A stretch of DNA of 64,000 nt from an uncultured Gemmatimonadales bacterium. GTDB lineage: Bacteria > Gemmatimonadota > Gemmatimonadetes > Gemmatimonadales > Gemmatimonadaceae. The stretch is from NCBI GenBank assembly GCA_963850905.1, contig CAWKMU010000003.1:2336001-2400000 (forward strand), written 5' to 3'. This document shows, piece by piece, positions 20,950-31,248 of the stretch. The notes under the pieces are model-generated. The model was not told the origin of the DNA. It worked only from the letters and a program-made list of their open reading frames with translations, and searched no databases. Position numbers and translations under genes: made by a program. Positions within the stretch are counted from its first letter, which is position 1; each line of letters opens with the position of its first letter.

Positions 20950-22782
20950 TCAATTGCCGGCCGCCTGCGGGACGGCGTGGCCCTCGCGGGGAGGCTGCGT
21001 TTCGCTGACAAGTGGCTGGGTCTCGGCGGCGAGCGACCGCGCGATCCACACAAACGCGGCGACCGCTGCCGCAAGGAGCGCGATTCCGACCTCCGGCGGG
21101 CCAAAGATCAGCTTGCCGATGCCGAAAAGGGCCGAATAGACGGCCGCAACCCCGGCCACCCAATTCGCCCAGGCACGGCCGCCGCCTGCCAGTGGCTCTG
21201 CTCCATAGCCCGTGCGAATGGCGACGTGCCGCCACCCCGGCCCGCCGGGCCGAACCCGACGATAGAACGCATCGAGCACGGCATCGCTCTCCGCCGGCGT
21301 CGCCCAGGTCGCGGCCAACCACGCGATCGTCGTCACCGCCACGGTAACCACCATGATGACGGCGTTCGCATTCGGATCGCCTGGCGCGAAGTGGTGCGGC
21401 ACGACCGACAGCAGGATGAGGGACGTGCAAAACGACACGACCATCGCGCTCAATTCGGACCACGCGTTCACGCGCCACCAATACCAGCGGAGGATGTACA
21501 CGAGGCCCGCGCCCGCGCCGAGCGAGATCAAGAGATTGAACGCCTGTTCCATCGTCTTGATCTGCCACGTCACGAGGATCGATCCCAGGAAGAGCAGGAT
21601 CGTGGCGGCCCGCGAGACGGCGACATAGTGTCGCTCTGTCTCGTGACGCCGCACGAATCGCTTGTAGAAATCATTGACCAGGTACGACGCCCCCCAGTTC
21701 AGCTGCGTGCCGATCGTGGACATGTACGCGGCGGCGAAACCTGCGAGCATGAATCCGCGCCATGGGGTGGGGAGGAGGTCGACGAACGCGTGCACATAGC
21801 CCGACTCCTTGTCCTGCAGCGTCGGATAGAGGATCACGGTTGCCAGGCCCGTCACGATCCACGGCCACGGGCGCAGCGCGTAATGGGCGATCTGGAAGGA
21901 CAGGGTGGCCAATACGCCATCACGCTCGGACCGCGCCGCGAAGATCCGCTGGGCCACGTAGCCGCCGCCTCCGGGCTCCGCGCCGGGATACCAGGCTGCC
22001 CACCACTGCACGAACAGAAAGACGCCGAGTGAAAGCACGGGCATCCACGCGTAGGCCGTGATGCCGTGGGCGCCGCCGAATCGGATCGGCATGACCGAGA
22101 GCGCAGCCGTCTCGGACCCGAAATGCAGCGCAAGCTGGCGCTTCATGGCGTCGATCCCGCCGACCGCTCGCACGGAGAAGACCGCGAGGACGACGACCGC
22201 GGTCATCTTGATCACGAACTGGATGAGGTCCGTCCAGAGCACCGCCCACAGGCCCGCGGCCACTGAGTAGCACGCGGTGACGACGAAGCAGATCCCCACG
22301 GCGACGATCGGCGAGATGCCGAGGGAGATCGTGAGAATCTTGATCATCGCGCGCGTGACCCACCCGATGATCACGAGGTTGATCGGAATGGCGAGATAGA
22401 TCGCGCGGAATCCGCGGAGGAAAGCGGCTGGACGGCCGCCATACCGGATCTCCGAGAATTCGACATCGGTCATGACGTTGGCGCGCCGCCAGAGGCGGGC
22501 GAAGAAGAACACGGTGAGCATCCCGCTCATCACGTAGTTCCACCACAGCCAGTTCCCTGCGACCCCCTTGGTGGCGACGAGGCCGGTGACGAGCAACGGC
22601 GTGTCCGCTGCAAAGGTCGTGGCGACCATCGAAGCCCCAGCGAGCCACCAGGGCGCCGCGCGGCCGGAGATGAAATACTCGCTGAGGCTCTCCCCGCCGC
22701 GCTTCGTGAAATACAGCCCGATGACCGTCGACAACGCGAAGTAGCTGGCGACGATCGCCCAGTCGATCAATGTTAGGTTCAT
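20950..22782 (-). CDS. Sodium:solute symporter
   Basis: SMVATTFAADTPL, GNWLWW, GGGGYVAQRI, AAYMST. Confidence 0.9.
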   Translation of the reverse strand: MNLTLIDWAIVASYFALSTVIGLYFTKRGGESLSEYFISGRAAPWWLAGASMVATTFAADTPLLVTGLVATKGVAGNWLWWNYVMSGMLTVFFFARLWRRANVMTDVEFSEIRYGGRPAAFLRGFRAIYLAIPINLVIIGWVTRAMIKILTISLGISPIVAVGICFVVTACYSVAAGLWAVLWTDLIQFVIKMTAVVVLAVFSVRAVGGIDAMKRQLALHFGSETAALSVMPIRFGGAHGITAYAWMPVLSLGVFLFVQWWAAWYPGAEPGGGGYVAQRIFAARSERDGVLATLSFQIAHYALRPWPWIVTGLATVILYPTLQDKESGYVHAFVDLLPTPWRGFMLAGFAAAYMSTIGTQLNWGASYLVNDFYKRFVRRHETERHYVAVSRAATILLFLGSILVTWQIKTMEQAFNLLISLGAGAGLVYILRWYWWRVNAWSELSAMVVSFCTSLILLSVVPHHFAPGDPNANAVIMVVTVAVTTIAWLAATWATPAESDAVLDAFYRRVRPGGPGWRHVAIRTGYGAEPLAGGGRAWANWVAGVAAVYSALFGIGKLIFGPPEVGIALLAAAVAAFVWIARSLAAETQPLVSETQPPREGHAVPQAAGN

Positions 22783-22856
22783 CTCTACTACGACGAGGGT
22801 CTCGTGAAGCTGAAACGCGACGTGCCGCCAGGCCGGGCCGATCCGGCGAGGTCCAG

Positions 22857-24212
22857 GTGACCGACCCGGGGCCATCCCCTGGGCGCTCGGCTCAACATAT
22901 CGCGAAATTGGCCCGCGCGACGACCGTGGCGGCGGGGGTCGTCGTTGCGATATCGGCGGCCTCCGTCGGGTGTGTCGTCGGGCACCACCTACCCCCACCG
23001 GCGGTCCGAACTGGCCGGATCGTCCCCGGCATCACCGTTCTCCTGGAGGATAGTCTCAGCCTGGTGAGCGGCAAGCGCGTGGCACTGCTCACGAACCAGA
23101 CGGGTGTCGATCGATCGGGTGAGACCGACGCAACACTGCTGACGCATTCGCGCGCCGCCGTATCGAATGGCGTGATGCTCGTCGCTCTCTTCTCGCCGGA
23201 GCACGGGCTGCGGGGCACCGAAGATCGCCAGTTCGTCGCCGGCGGCGTCGATACGGGGACGCGAGTGCCGGTGTACTCACTGTATGGCGCGACGGTCCTC
23301 GAGCCTCCGGACAGCTTGCTGCGCGGGCTCCAGGTCATGGTCATCGATCTCCAGGACATCGGCACCAGGACCTGGACCTATGTCGCGTCGATGGTTTACG
23401 CCATGCGCGCGGCCGCCCGGGTCCATCTGCCGGTCGTCGTGCTCGATCGGCCAAATCCGATTACTGGGTCGCACACTGACGGCCCGATGCTCGATAGTCT
23501 TCTGGCCAATCCCGACGCTGCGGCGCCGGGTCGTCCCGCACGGCCGTACGCACTCGCGCCCATCCCGCTGCGCCACGGCCTGACGATGGGCGAGCTTGCG
23601 CTCTACTTCAACGACGTGCTTGGCCTCCACGCCGACCTGCATGTCGTACCGGCGCGCGGGTGGCGACGCCCCGTGTGGTTTGATGAGACCGGACTTCCAT
23701 GGGTACGGCCCTCGCCGAATCTTCCGTCGCTCACAAGCGCACTCGTGTATCCGGCCCTCGTGGCGTTCGAGGCGACCAACCTGTCGGTTGGCCGCGGCAC
23801 ACACGACGCGTTCCAGCATCTTGGCGCACCGTGGCTCAACGCGCCCCGCGTGGTCGCGCTGCTGGCCGACCGAGGGGTACCGGGCGCCCGGTTCACTGCA
23901 GAGCAGTTTGTCCCCCGCCACCCGACCGACGGCAAGTACGGCGGGCGGCAGATCGCGGGCGTCCGCGTCAACGTCACCGATCGCAATGCCTTTCACGCCG
24001 GACGCGTGGGCGCTGCGCTACTGTGGGCCATCGCGCAAGTCAACCGGGATTCACTGCGGATCGACACCCTCGCGTTCGACCTGAGATTCGGGTCGCCCGA
24101 CGCGCGGGTGGCGCTGCTCCGCGGCGACGATCCCGACGCAGTCATCGATCGATCGCTGCCCGCGGTCGTCGCATTTGTGCAGCGCGCACTGCGATATGAG
24201 TTGTACAAGTAG
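22857..24212 (+). CDS. namZ: Exo-beta-N-acetylmuramidase NamZ-like (DUF1343)
   Basis: LLTNQTG, FSPEHGLRG, DLQDIGTRTWTY, LDRPNP, RHGLTMGE, PSPNLP, SVGRGT; start approximate. Confidence 0.88.
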   Translation: MTDPGPSPGRSAQHIAKLARATTVAAGVVVAISAASVGCVVGHHLPPPAVRTGRIVPGITVLLEDSLSLVSGKRVALLTNQTGVDRSGETDATLLTHSRAAVSNGVMLVALFSPEHGLRGTEDRQFVAGGVDTGTRVPVYSLYGATVLEPPDSLLRGLQVMVIDLQDIGTRTWTYVASMVYAMRAAARVHLPVVVLDRPNPITGSHTDGPMLDSLLANPDAAAPGRPARPYALAPIPLRHGLTMGELALYFNDVLGLHADLHVVPARGWRRPVWFDETGLPWVRPSPNLPSLTSALVYPALVAFEATNLSVGRGTHDAFQHLGAPWLNAPRVVALLADRGVPGARFTAEQFVPRHPTDGKYGGRQIAGVRVNVTDRNAFHAGRVGAALLWAIAQVNRDSLRIDTLAFDLRFGSPDARVALLRGDDPDAVIDRSLPAVVAFVQRALRYELYK

Positions 24213-24299
24213 ACGACGTCTCGTAACTTTCTGCGGCTGGGGCGTCGCTCCCGCCGTTGGATTGCCTGAACCGCGCCCGTCGCGGCCGCGTGGCTACAC

Positions 24300-24995
24300 A
24301 TGATACGTCTGTGGGAGTGGATCAAAAGCGGGTACCTACGCCTCGTCGAGCCCATCGCGTCCTTTCTGGTCCGGCAAGGAGTGCATCCGAACGTCATCAC
24401 GACGCTCGGGACGTTTTGCTCCGTGGCTGGCGGCGTCATTTACGGCGCTGGCCATATCCGGACGGGCGGCTGGTTTCTCGGACTAACGGCCTTTTTTGAT
24501 GTCGTCGATGGCACAGTGGCGCGTCGGACGGGCCAGAGCAGTGTCTTCGGCGCGTTCTACGACTCCACGCTCGACCGGATCGCGGACGCCGCAGTGCTTG
24601 CCGGGCTGGCAGTGTTCTACGCGACGAGTCCGCTGCATGCGAGCGTGCCAATGCTCGTCGTCACCCTGGCGGGCATCCTCGGTGGCTTTCTCGTCTCCTA
24701 CACCCGGGCCAGGGCCGAGGCTTTGGGTATCGATGCCAAGGTCGGCCTGATGCAACGACCGGAGCGCGTCGTGCTCCTGTCGGCGCCGCAAGCGTTCTTC
24801 GGTCTCGCCCTCGGTGGTTGGGTGCTGGCCGCCATTGTCGTTCTCCTGACCGTCACCTCGTGGGCCACTGCGATCCAGCGAGTGATCGCTGTGTATCGCG
24901 CGACTCGACCCACCTCGCAGGTGGCGGTCACTCCTCCTCCACGATTCTCTCGCGCGACACCGGCCGCTCCACGGCCCGCGCTCAAGGGCAAATGA
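24300..24995 (+). CDS. CDP-alcohol phosphatidyltransferase, phosphatidylinositol-phosphate synthase-like
   Basis: DVVDGTVAR...GAFYDSTLDRIAD; SYTRARAE...GLMQRPER; coupled to the MIPS gene. Confidence 0.88.
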   Translation: MIRLWEWIKSGYLRLVEPIASFLVRQGVHPNVITTLGTFCSVAGGVIYGAGHIRTGGWFLGLTAFFDVVDGTVARRTGQSSVFGAFYDSTLDRIADAAVLAGLAVFYATSPLHASVPMLVVTLAGILGGFLVSYTRARAEALGIDAKVGLMQRPERVVLLSAPQAFFGLALGGWVLAAIVVLLTVTSWATAIQRVIAVYRATRPTSQVAVTPPPRFSRATPAAPRPALKGK

Positions 24996-26311
24996 CTGAC
25001 TCCGTTCGTTCGACCATCCAACCTGCCACCGGACGCCTCGGCGTCATGACACCCGGCCTCGGCGCTGTCGCCACGACTTTCATGGCGGGCGTGGAGAGCA
25101 TACGGCGCGGAGATGCGCTGCCGATCGGTTCGTTGACCCAGATGGCGACCATCCGCCTGGGGCGCCGAACGGAGAACCGCGCGCCGCTGATCAAAGACCT
25201 GGTACCGCTCGCGAGCCTTGACGACCTCGTATTCGGCGCATGGGATCCGATCCCGGACGATGCCTGCACGGCGGCGCGGAAGGCCGGTGTCCTCGCACCG
25301 CAAGACATCGAGCGTGTGGCCAGTTTCCTCTCGACCATTACGCCGATGCCGGCCGCATTCGACAACAAGTACGTCACGCGGATCAACGGCTCGAATGTCA
25401 AACGTGGCAAGACGAAGCGCGACCTGGCGGAGCAGATTCGCCAGGACATTCGCGACTTCAGAAGCCGCGCCAAGGTAGATCGCGTCGTCATGGTGTGGTG
25501 CGCGTCGACGGAGATCTTCATTAAGCCCGGTGCGGCGCATGCGACGATCGAGCAGTTCGAGAAGGCGATGGAGCGAAACGACGATGCCATCGCCCCGTCG
25601 ATGCTCTACGCCTACGCGGCGATCATGGAGGGCGTGCCGTTCGCCAACGGGGCTCCGAACCTGACGGTCGACATGCCGTGCCTGGTCCAGCTGGCGAAGG
25701 ACCGGGGTGTCCCGATCTCAGGCAAGGATTTCAAGACCGGCCAGACCTGGATGAAGACGGTGATTGCGCCGGGCATGAAGGCCCGCATGCTGGGCTTGGC
25801 CGGGTGGTACTCGACGAACATCCTCGGGAACCGCGACGGCGAGGTGTTGGACGATCCGGCCTCGTTCAAGACAAAGGAAGAGTCGAAGCTCAGCGTGCTG
25901 CATTCGATCTTGCAGCCCGAATCCTATCCGACGCTCTACGGTGAATTCTCGCACGTGGTGCGGATCAACTACTACAAGCCCCGCGGTGACAACAAGGAAG
26001 GATGGGACAACGTCGACATCGTCGGCTGGATGGGCTACCCGATGCAGATCAAGGTGAACTTTTTGTGCCGTGACTCCATCCTCGCTGCTCCGCTCGTCTT
26101 GGACCTCGCGCTCTTTTCCGACTTTGCGCAGCGGGCTGGACTGAAGGGCATACAGGAGTGGCTGTCGTTCTATTACAAGAGTCCGATGGCGGCAAGCGGA
26201 TTGCACCCGGAACATGACTTGTTCATCCAGCAGACGAAGCTGAAGAACACGATACGGCATTTGGCCGGTGAGGAGCAGATCACGCACCTCGGACTGGAGT
26301 ACTATGCATGA
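24992..26311 (+). CDS. ino1: myo-Inositol-1-phosphate synthase
   Basis: GLGAVATT, GKDFKTGQT, STNILGNRDG, GDNKEGWD, CRDSILAAPL. Confidence 0.95.
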   Translation: MTDSVRSTIQPATGRLGVMTPGLGAVATTFMAGVESIRRGDALPIGSLTQMATIRLGRRTENRAPLIKDLVPLASLDDLVFGAWDPIPDDACTAARKAGVLAPQDIERVASFLSTITPMPAAFDNKYVTRINGSNVKRGKTKRDLAEQIRQDIRDFRSRAKVDRVVMVWCASTEIFIKPGAAHATIEQFEKAMERNDDAIAPSMLYAYAAIMEGVPFANGAPNLTVDMPCLVQLAKDRGVPISGKDFKTGQTWMKTVIAPGMKARMLGLAGWYSTNILGNRDGEVLDDPASFKTKEESKLSVLHSILQPESYPTLYGEFSHVVRINYYKPRGDNKEGWDNVDIVGWMGYPMQIKVNFLCRDSILAAPLVLDLALFSDFAQRAGLKGIQEWLSFYYKSPMAASGLHPEHDLFIQQTKLKNTIRHLAGEEQITHLGLEYYA

Positions 26312-26330
26312 CCAGGACGCAGAGGGTGGC

Positions 26331-26802
26331 ATGACCAGGACCCTGAGGGTGCCGCGGAGGAGCCTCGCCGCGGCGCACCGCCGGGTCGTCGCCGCCAGTC
26401 TGCATCATTGCGGCGGGCGTGGGTTGTCGCGAGACGTACAGTGGACCGCCGCCGCTCCGGCTGTGGACCAACGACCTGGCGTTCCAGGTGTCGACCGAGC
26501 CCGTCCCGCCCCCGGCGCGCGAGGACATCGTCTTCAAGGTGGTGGTGCGCGACAAGAACTCGGGCAAGGCAATCGAGACCGGCGAAGGCCGCGTGTACGC
26601 GACGAGTGCCGACCGGGTGAACACCTGGGATGGGCTCGCGCCTACCCAGCAAGCCGGTACGTACACGGCGAAACTGAATTTTCTCACGTCGGGCAACTGG
26701 GCCATGGGTATGCAATTCCGGCGCGACTCCACGGCTCCGCTCGAGACATTGGACTGGACGCAGGACGTCCATCCGGCGACGGGCGAGGCGGACATCAAGT
26801 GA
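26331..26802 (+). CDS. Putative lipoprotein with an Ig-like (YtkA/FixH-like) domain, frameshift near 26400
   Basis: Basic N-terminus, then ...AGVGC lipobox-like motif, GTYTAKLNF..GNW. Confidence 0.55.
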
Positions 26803-27094
26803 AGCTCTTCCATCGAACGAGCGTTGCGCCTGCAGACGTCTTGCACGCGGCCGACACCTTTTTCCCGCAATCTCGGCCTGACCATGACGGCGAATGCGCC
26901 TCGAGCTCGCACATTTGTCGGGCCGCTTGGGGCCGTCCGAATCACTGCAGGTGCCGAGGGAGGGCACTATACGTTCGTCGAGGCCGCAGACCGATCAGAT
27001 CGGCGAGAGCCGCCTCGACAAGAACGTGAAGAAATTCTTCGTGTCGTTGCACCGACGGGCCGAGCCCCGCCATGCGCTCGAGGCAGGTTACTGA
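26799..27094 (+). CDS. Small hypothetical protein, frameshifted
   Basis: VKLFHRTSV...EGGHYTFVE...TDQIGESRLDKNVKKFF...AGY; overlaps neighbours at both ends. Confidence 0.55.
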
Positions 27095-28294
27095 TGGCTG
27101 GCCGCACCACCTCGGAAACGAGCACGCACAGAGACGCGCCTGCGCCAGGGGCGACTCCCAGCGCGCCCCCGAACGGCGCTACCCCGTCGCTCGCCAAACC
27201 CGCCGACAGCGCGCGAGCGAGCGGCGCCGGACTCGATCGCGCGCAACAGCTGGATCTGTACTACTACATGCGGCTGACGCGCGCGCTCGAGGAGCGACTC
27301 GTCAACCTGTATCGCCAGACCAAAGTCGTCGGCGGCCTGTTTCGATCACTGGGCCAGGAGGCTGACGCGGTGGGCAGCGCCTACGCGCTTGACCGGAGCC
27401 GCGGCGATGTGCTCTCCCCACTGATTCGCAATCTGGGCTCGATGCTCGTCCAGGGGGCGCGCCCCGCGGAGATCATTCGACAGTACATGGCCAAGGGCGA
27501 CTCGCCCACGCGTGGGCGCGAGTTGAACATCCATTTCGGGGATCTCGTCCGAGGATATCGTCGGACAGATCTCGCATTTGGGTGACATGGTGCCGGTCAT
27601 GGCTGGCGTGACTCTGTCGTTCAAACTGCGCGGCGAGCCACGCGTCGGTCTCGTCTATGTCGGCGACGGCGCGACGTCGACCGGGTGCATTCCATGAAGG
27701 GATCAACTTCGCGGCAGTGCAGCGTTGCCCGCTCGTCGTGGTCGTCGAGAACAACGGCTATGCCTACTCGACGCCCGACGAGCAAGCAAACGGCCGCCGC
27801 ATCGTTCGTTGACAAGGCGGCCGGCTACGGCGTGGCGGGCGAGCAGGCCGATGGCAACGACGTCCTCGCGACGTACGACGCCACCAGGCGCGCCGTCGAC
27901 CGGGCGCGCGCTGGCGGCGGGGTCACGCTGGTCGAGCTGACGACGTACCGGCGCAAGGGGCACGCGGAGCACGACAATCAATCGTACGTGCCAGCCGGAC
28001 GAGATCGAGCGCTGGGAGCGCGAGAACGATCCAATCGATCGCTACACGCGCGTCCTGGTCGAGAGCGTGGGCGTGAGCACGCGGGAGCTGACGACGATCG
28101 ATGACCGCGTGCAGTCGGAGGTCGACACGGCGACGGATGAAGCGGAAGCGTCCCCCATGCCGGAAGGACCGGACGCGCTCGTGGGTGTATATGCCGATCC
28201 ACCCCAGGTCGAAGCGCTCTGGTTCCGAGCGGGCATCGCGTCGGCTGTATCGGCGCACGAGCGTCCGGCTGGGTGGGGCACCCACGATGGCTGA
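27094..28294 (+). CDS. 2-oxoacid dehydrogenase E1 alpha subunit, frameshifted
   Basis: RSLGQEA, ThDP motif GDGATSTG...ENN, TYRRKGHAEHD. Confidence 0.9.
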
Positions 28295-29264
28295 GATCAC
28301 CTACCTCGAGGGCATCCGACAGGCGCTCTTCGAGGAGATGGAGCGGGATCCCGCGGTGTTCTGCCTGGGCGAGGACATCGGGGCCTACGGTGGCGCGTTC
28401 AAGGTGACGGAAGGGCTGCAAGCGCGCTTTGGTGAGCGACGCGTCATCGACACCCCGATCTCGGAGATCGCCATCGTCGGCGCCGCTGCGGGTGCGGCGC
28501 ACATGGGCATGCGGCCAGTCTGTGAAATGCAGTTCATCGATTTCATATCCTGTGCGTATGACATGCTCACGAACTACGTCGCGACCGCCCGGTATCGAGC
28601 TATGCTGCCGTGCCCGATGGTGGTCCGCGGACCCAGCGGCGGGTATGTGCGAGGCGGCCCGTTTCACTCGCAGAATCCGGAGGCTGCCTTTCTGCACACG
28701 CCGGGACTCAAGATCGTCTATCCCGCGACCGCGTCCGATGCGAAAGGCCTCCTCAAGGCCGCCATCCGCGACGATGACTGCGTCCTGTTCTTCGAGCACA
28801 AGTATTTGTATCGACGCATCAAGGACGAGATGCCGGCAGGCGACCACGTCGTGCCAATCGGAAAAGCGCGCATGGCTCGCGCCGGTCGCGACCTTTCGAT
28901 CATCACGTACGCGGCGACGGTGTGGAAGGCGTTGGAGGCCGCGGATCAACTCGAGCGCGAGGATGGCTTGTCCGTCGAGGTGCTCGACCTGCGCACGCTG
29001 CTGCCGCTCGACGACGACGCGATCATCGCGTCGGTCAAGAAGACCAATCGGGTGTTGATCGTGCACGAGGACACCCGCACGGGCGGCATTGCGGGCGAGA
29101 TCACCGCCCGCATCAACGAGCGCGCATTCGAATGGCTCGACGCGCCGGTCTTGCGCGTGACGGCTGCAGACGTGCCACTCCCGTACTCCCCCCCGCTCGA
29201 GGACTACGTGCTGCCGCAAGCGGCGGACATCGTGCGGGCGGTGCGACAGCTGGCGCGGTACTGA
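28287..29264 (+). CDS. 2-oxoacid dehydrogenase E1 beta subunit
   Basis: GEDIGAYGGAFKVT, DTPISE, EMQFIDF, FHSQ, DLRTLLPLD. Confidence 0.95.
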   Translation: MAEITYLEGIRQALFEEMERDPAVFCLGEDIGAYGGAFKVTEGLQARFGERRVIDTPISEIAIVGAAAGAAHMGMRPVCEMQFIDFISCAYDMLTNYVATARYRAMLPCPMVVRGPSGGYVRGGPFHSQNPEAAFLHTPGLKIVYPATASDAKGLLKAAIRDDDCVLFFEHKYLYRRIKDEMPAGDHVVPIGKARMARAGRDLSIITYAATVWKALEAADQLEREDGLSVEVLDLRTLLPLDDDAIIASVKKTNRVLIVHEDTRTGGIAGEITARINERAFEWLDAPVLRVTAADVPLPYSPPLEDYVLPQAADIVRAVRQLARY

Positions 29265-29267
29265 GAC

Positions 29268-29645
29268 ATGCCCGGTTCGGGACCCGAACCCGGCGACGGG
29301 GGGTCTGGGGGCGTCCCCAAGCGAAGCGACCCCCCGGGAGACGGCGCGGCTGGCGGGGCGGGGGCCTCCCGTCGTCGGCCATTTGCCGTGCTCGGCTGCC
29401 TCATGACCGTTGCCGGCTTCTTCAGTGGGGCGATGGTTGCAGTACTGGTCGCGAAGGTGCGAAGTGCGATGATGCACTGCACGCCGGTCGATCCCGAGTT
29501 GCCAGCGTGCAATTGGCAGCAGTTTGCCGGCGTGGGCGGCCTACTCGGGGCCCTGAGTCTGCCAGCCCTGGTATACTGGCGGTTGCGCAGGTCCGCGCCC
29601 GGGCGTCGCGACAATGCGGCGGCGACCGGCTATAGGGATTTGTGA
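29268..29645 (+). CDS. Small two-TM hypothetical membrane protein
   Basis: Two hydrophobic helices with a Cys pair between them; 3 bp after E1 beta. Confidence 0.6.
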   Translation: MPGSGPEPGDGGSGGVPKRSDPPGDGAAGGAGASRRRPFAVLGCLMTVAGFFSGAMVAVLVAKVRSAMMHCTPVDPELPACNWQQFAGVGGLLGALSLPALVYWRLRRSAPGRRDNAAATGYRDL

Positions 29646-29656
29646 CCAGCGGTCGG

Positions 29657-29764
29657 CCGGTAGGCGATGCATTGCGTCGCCCGACGGGGAGGCGGCCAAA
29701 TCGTTTAATCCGGTAGCGGCGACGCATTGCGTTGCCCCACGGGGAGGCGGCCAAGTCGTTTAAT
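29657..29764. repeat. Tandem duplication (about 53 bp) of a degenerate REP plus tail
   Basis: ccggtag..gcattgcgt..ccc.acggggaggcggccaa.tcgtttaat at 29657 and 29710. Confidence 0.8.
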
Positions 29765-29841
29765 TTGGAAGGCGGCGGTCCGCATCCGGTCCTAATGAAC
29801 GGCGGTGGTCGGTACGCCGCCTCTTGAACGAGGGTATTTCG

Positions 29842-31248
29842 GTGGCACGTGTTGACATCATCATGCCCCAGATGGGCGAGTCGATCGCCGAGGGCACGGT
29901 ATCGAAGTGGCTGAAGAAGATCGGCGATACGGTCAAACGGGACGAGCCGATTTTCGAGATCTCGACCGACAAGGTCGACGCGGAGATTCCCGCACCTGCG
30001 GCGGGCACCTTGGCCGAGATCCTCGTCAACGAGGGCCAGACCGTGGCCATCCAAACGGTGGTCGCCCGGCTCGAGACCTCGGCGGGCGTACCGGTCGGCG
30101 ATAACGGCGGCGCGGACCGCGGCGGGGCAGCCGCCCGGCCGGCGGCTGCCCCCGCCGTGGCCGCCGCGGCGCCTGCGGCATCGCCCGCACTCGCGGCACC
30201 GAAGGCTGCCGCACCAGCGGCGACCCCGCCCAGCCGGGTCGCCCCTGGTGCGCCAGCACGACCGCAGCCAGCCGGGGCGCCCGTCGGCGGAGGCAATGGT
30301 CGCTCGCTCGAGGAGCGTCTGCGCACCAAGTCGTCACCGCTCGTTCGCAAAATTGCCGCAGAGCACGGGATCGAGTTGGCCACGCTGACCGGATCGGGCA
30401 TCGCCGGGCGTGTGACGAAACGTGATATCGAGTCGCTACTCGAAGCAGGGGTCCCCGCGACGCTTGGACGACCGGGCGTGCCGGTTGGCGGCGGAGCGGG
30501 TGTCCTGATCCCTGCTGAGGGGCCGCTCCCGGAAGCCTGGCCCGGGGACGTCGTCGAGCCCATGTCCAAGATGCGGTCGCTCATCAGTGACCACATGGTG
30601 CTGTCGCGGCGCACATCGGCGCACGTCACATTGTTCTTCGAGGTCGACCTCACACGCGTCGCGCGAATTCGAGCGGCGAAGCGCGCGGAGTTCGAGGCCG
30701 CGAATGGTCAGAAGCTGACCTTCCTGCCGTTCATCATTCGGGCGGTCATCGACGGCCTCAAGGCGTATCCGGCGGTGAACGCATCCGTCGCCGGCCATAA
30801 CGTCATCTACCGCAAGCAGTACAACATCGGCATCGCCGTGGCGCTCGATTGGGGCCTCATTGTACCGGTCATCAAGCACGCCGATGAGCTGTCGCTGGTC
30901 GGACTCACCCGTGCATTGAACGATCTCGCTGCGCGGGCACGCACCAAGCGCCTGCAGCCGGAGGAAGTCCAGGAAGGGACGTTCACGATCACGAACCCCG
31001 GTGTGTTCGGGTCCTTGATGGGGACGCCGATCATCAGTCAGCCGCAGGTCGCCATCATGGGTGTCGGTGCCATCGAGAAACGACCCAAGGTGATTACCGG
31101 ACCCGACGGAGAGGACACGATCGCGATCCGGACGTGCTCCTACTTCTCGATCTCGTTCGACCACCGCATCATCGACGGGGCCGTCGCGGACCAGTTCCTG
31201 GCCCACGTCAAGAGGCAGCTGGAGACATATCCGGAGTCCGCGTTGTGA
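29842..31248 (+). CDS. Dihydrolipoamide acyltransferase E2
   Basis: Lipoyl domain STDKVDAE, E3-binding SPLVRKIA, catalytic DHRIIDG. Confidence 0.95.
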   Translation: MARVDIIMPQMGESIAEGTVSKWLKKIGDTVKRDEPIFEISTDKVDAEIPAPAAGTLAEILVNEGQTVAIQTVVARLETSAGVPVGDNGGADRGGAAARPAAAPAVAAAAPAASPALAAPKAAAPAATPPSRVAPGAPARPQPAGAPVGGGNGRSLEERLRTKSSPLVRKIAAEHGIELATLTGSGIAGRVTKRDIESLLEAGVPATLGRPGVPVGGGAGVLIPAEGPLPEAWPGDVVEPMSKMRSLISDHMVLSRRTSAHVTLFFEVDLTRVARIRAAKRAEFEAANGQKLTFLPFIIRAVIDGLKAYPAVNASVAGHNVIYRKQYNIGIAVALDWGLIVPVIKHADELSLVGLTRALNDLAARARTKRLQPEEVQEGTFTITNPGVFGSLMGTPIISQPQVAIMGVGAIEKRPKVITGPDGEDTIAIRTCSYFSISFDHRIIDGAVADQFLAHVKRQLETYPESAL

